This document shows positions 62,339 through 64,000 of a stretch of DNA of 64,000 nt, one piece after another. Source of the stretch: Candidatus Poribacteria bacterium (GTDB lineage Bacteria; Poribacteria; WGA-4E; JAJDTR01); contig CBDCTK010000002.1 in NCBI GenBank assembly GCA_965222225.1, positions 3,008,001 through 3,072,000 on the forward strand, written 5' to 3'. The translations under genes and the position numbers were made by a program. A model generated the notes under the pieces. That model made no database searches. It worked only from the letters and a program-made list of their open reading frames with translations, and was not told the origin of the DNA. Positions within the stretch are counted from its first letter, which is position 1; each line of letters opens with the position of its first letter.

Positions 62339-62539
62339 GATTAATAGCGTCAACCAAGTTTTTCCAAGGCGGGGCAAGGGGACTTCTATCGCACGCGCTA
62401 TGCGCTTGCTTGATCCCCGCCTACCGGCTTTGGGTAATGGTTGCTATCGGTCTATTCATAGAAGTATAATTGCAAAAAACATTTTACGCAATACTGTTCA
62501 AACGAAATGGCATAACAACAAGAAGAGAGGGATTACAGT

Positions 62540-63661
62540 ATGAAGTTTCAGGTTGGGGTGATTGGCGCGACCGGGTTCATCGGGTCGGCGTACAGACAGG
62601 AGATACGCGAAGCAAAACAGGACGCGACAATCGTCGCGCTGTGCGCTCGAAACCGTGAGCGGCTGGAGGCGGCAGCAGAGGAGGATAGTTGCGATTTTAT
62701 CACGGATGATTGGCGTCAGGTCGTTGATCATCCGGATGTCAATTTCGTCATCGTGGCGACTCCGGACGCGCTGCACTATGACGCGGTGATGGCGAGCGCA
62801 AAGAACGGGAAGCACATGTTCTGCGACAAGCCGATAGGCATGAACGTAACCGAGGCGTACGAGATGCGGCAGGCGTACCGCGAGGCGGGATTGTCCCATT
62901 TCGTGCCGTTCTGGGCGCGGTGTGAGCCGCTGTTCCTACGAGGCAAGGAGATTGTCGATGCGGGAACGTTGGGCGACATCCGAGCGATTATCTACCGCTG
63001 GCAGAACCCGCGTCCGGCGGCGATGCCGTTCACGTGGCGGGACGATGCCACGCTGTCGGCGGCGGGGAGCATCGCGGATGTCGGATCGCACGCCTACGAC
63101 GCGGTGCGCTGGCTCACGGGCACGGAGGCGAAGCGCGTACTGGCTCATGCGGATACCATCACGCCTCCCAAGCCGGACTTGGGTACCGTCTACCTCAACG
63201 ATGCCATTGAATGGGGCGGATCGCACACGAAGGCGGACAGCGAGAAACAGCGCAAGGGGACAGCGTTCGACTATGCCGCCATCGCGTGGGAGTTCCAGAG
63301 CGGCGCTGTCGGCTCTATCGTGCTCTCTCACGCTCCGATCTTGCGCAAGGGACTCGCGCCCGAGGTGGAACTTCACGGCACGGATGCATCATTGGCGATT
63401 GACCGGGTGCATAGCAGGGTTTCGGTGCTGCACTCTGGAGAGGATGTCCCTGAAGTTGAGGAGATTCATCCCTCGAGTCCGGGCAATCGGTTTGAGAACT
63501 TTGTGTTCCCATCGTTGGAGCGGGAGCTGGCGGGCGAGGCGTCTAATCACCCGAGTTTGAATGACGGGTGGCGGGTGCAGATTTTCACGCATTCCGCGGT
63601 GCTTTCGGCACGTCAGGGGGTGTGGGTCGAGTTGGCGGATCAGGATGCGGAGGCAAAGTAA
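62540..63661 (+). CDS. Gfo/Idh/MocA oxidoreductase
   Basis: GATGFIG Rossmann motif, ATPD..H, CDKP, GSIADVGSH. Confidence 0.92.
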   Translation: MKFQVGVIGATGFIGSAYRQEIREAKQDATIVALCARNRERLEAAAEEDSCDFITDDWRQVVDHPDVNFVIVATPDALHYDAVMASAKNGKHMFCDKPIGMNVTEAYEMRQAYREAGLSHFVPFWARCEPLFLRGKEIVDAGTLGDIRAIIYRWQNPRPAAMPFTWRDDATLSAAGSIADVGSHAYDAVRWLTGTEAKRVLAHADTITPPKPDLGTVYLNDAIEWGGSHTKADSEKQRKGTAFDYAAIAWEFQSGAVGSIVLSHAPILRKGLAPEVELHGTDASLAIDRVHSRVSVLHSGEDVPEVEEIHPSSPGNRFENFVFPSLERELAGEASNHPSLNDGWRVQIFTHSAVLSARQGVWVELADQDAEAK

Positions 63662-63768
63662 ATTGCGCTACCACAATCCTGCTGTAGGGTGCTTTCAAAG
63701 GCCGGTGGGATCCCTATCAGGATTTTCTATTGTCTTTTCACAATTTAACAGAAATAGGAGAACCTTTC

Positions 63769-64000
63769 ATGAAAATATTGTGTTATTTGACGATGATGCT
63801 GCTTTGCGGCTCTGTCGCTATGGCAGAGGAAACTTTCTTTTCCGCGTTAGAGAGCAAAGCAGAAGTTGAAAAAGAAGGTGGCACCGTTGATGGCGGGAGT
63901 TTCAAGCCCAGTAAATTTGGAAACGGCTTTGTCAGCGAGGAAGTTGGCGATGTCATTCACTTCCCGGTGGAAGACCGATTCGTTAATCTTGATGAAGGCA
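63769..64000 (+). CDS. Secreted protein, probably LamG-like (runs off window end)
   Basis: AGGAG RBS; MKILCYLTMMLLCGSVAMAEE signal; F.P.KFGNG motif. Confidence 0.65.
   Translation, partial: MKILCYLTMMLLCGSVAMAEETFFSALESKAEVEKEGGTVDGGSFKPSKFGNGFVSEEVGDVIHFPVEDRFVNLDEG

Overview
A bacterial chromosomal segment. The gene families suggest Candidatus Poribacteria (inference): many phytanoyl-CoA dioxygenases, beta-propeller glycoside-hydrolase-like proteins, a WD40/dockerin protein with an NPFNPETWIP tail, and LamG proteins with a WGxxK tail. The core block is a tRNA cluster (Thr, Tyr, Gly, Ser), a large Alu-containing SRP RNA, dnaX-ybaB-recR and mnmG-rsmG. Between tRNA-Ser and the SRP RNA lies an AT-rich, decayed island with a serine recombinase remnant, HTH and methyltransferase fragments, an IS5 element, and a PHP-ATPase (Ppl/TrlF-like) defence gene broken by IS701. 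Elsewhere are BamA, two MscS channels, a cation-chloride-cotransporter-like permease, Hsp20, vWA, a GH172-like protein, a PIN-domain gene split by an IS982-like element, and several pseudogenes. Intergenic DNA is dense with small repeats: a strand-biased, self-nesting 37-39 bp GGGAT...ATCCC element, several GTAG-type REP hairpin families, and IS-derived MITEs. One MITE is inserted in frame in a signal peptide, and a related MITE forms the N-terminus of an unrelated neighbouring gene. Three sigma-54 promoters and a duplicated sigma-70 promoter cassette are visible. No CRISPR array or reverse transcriptase was seen.
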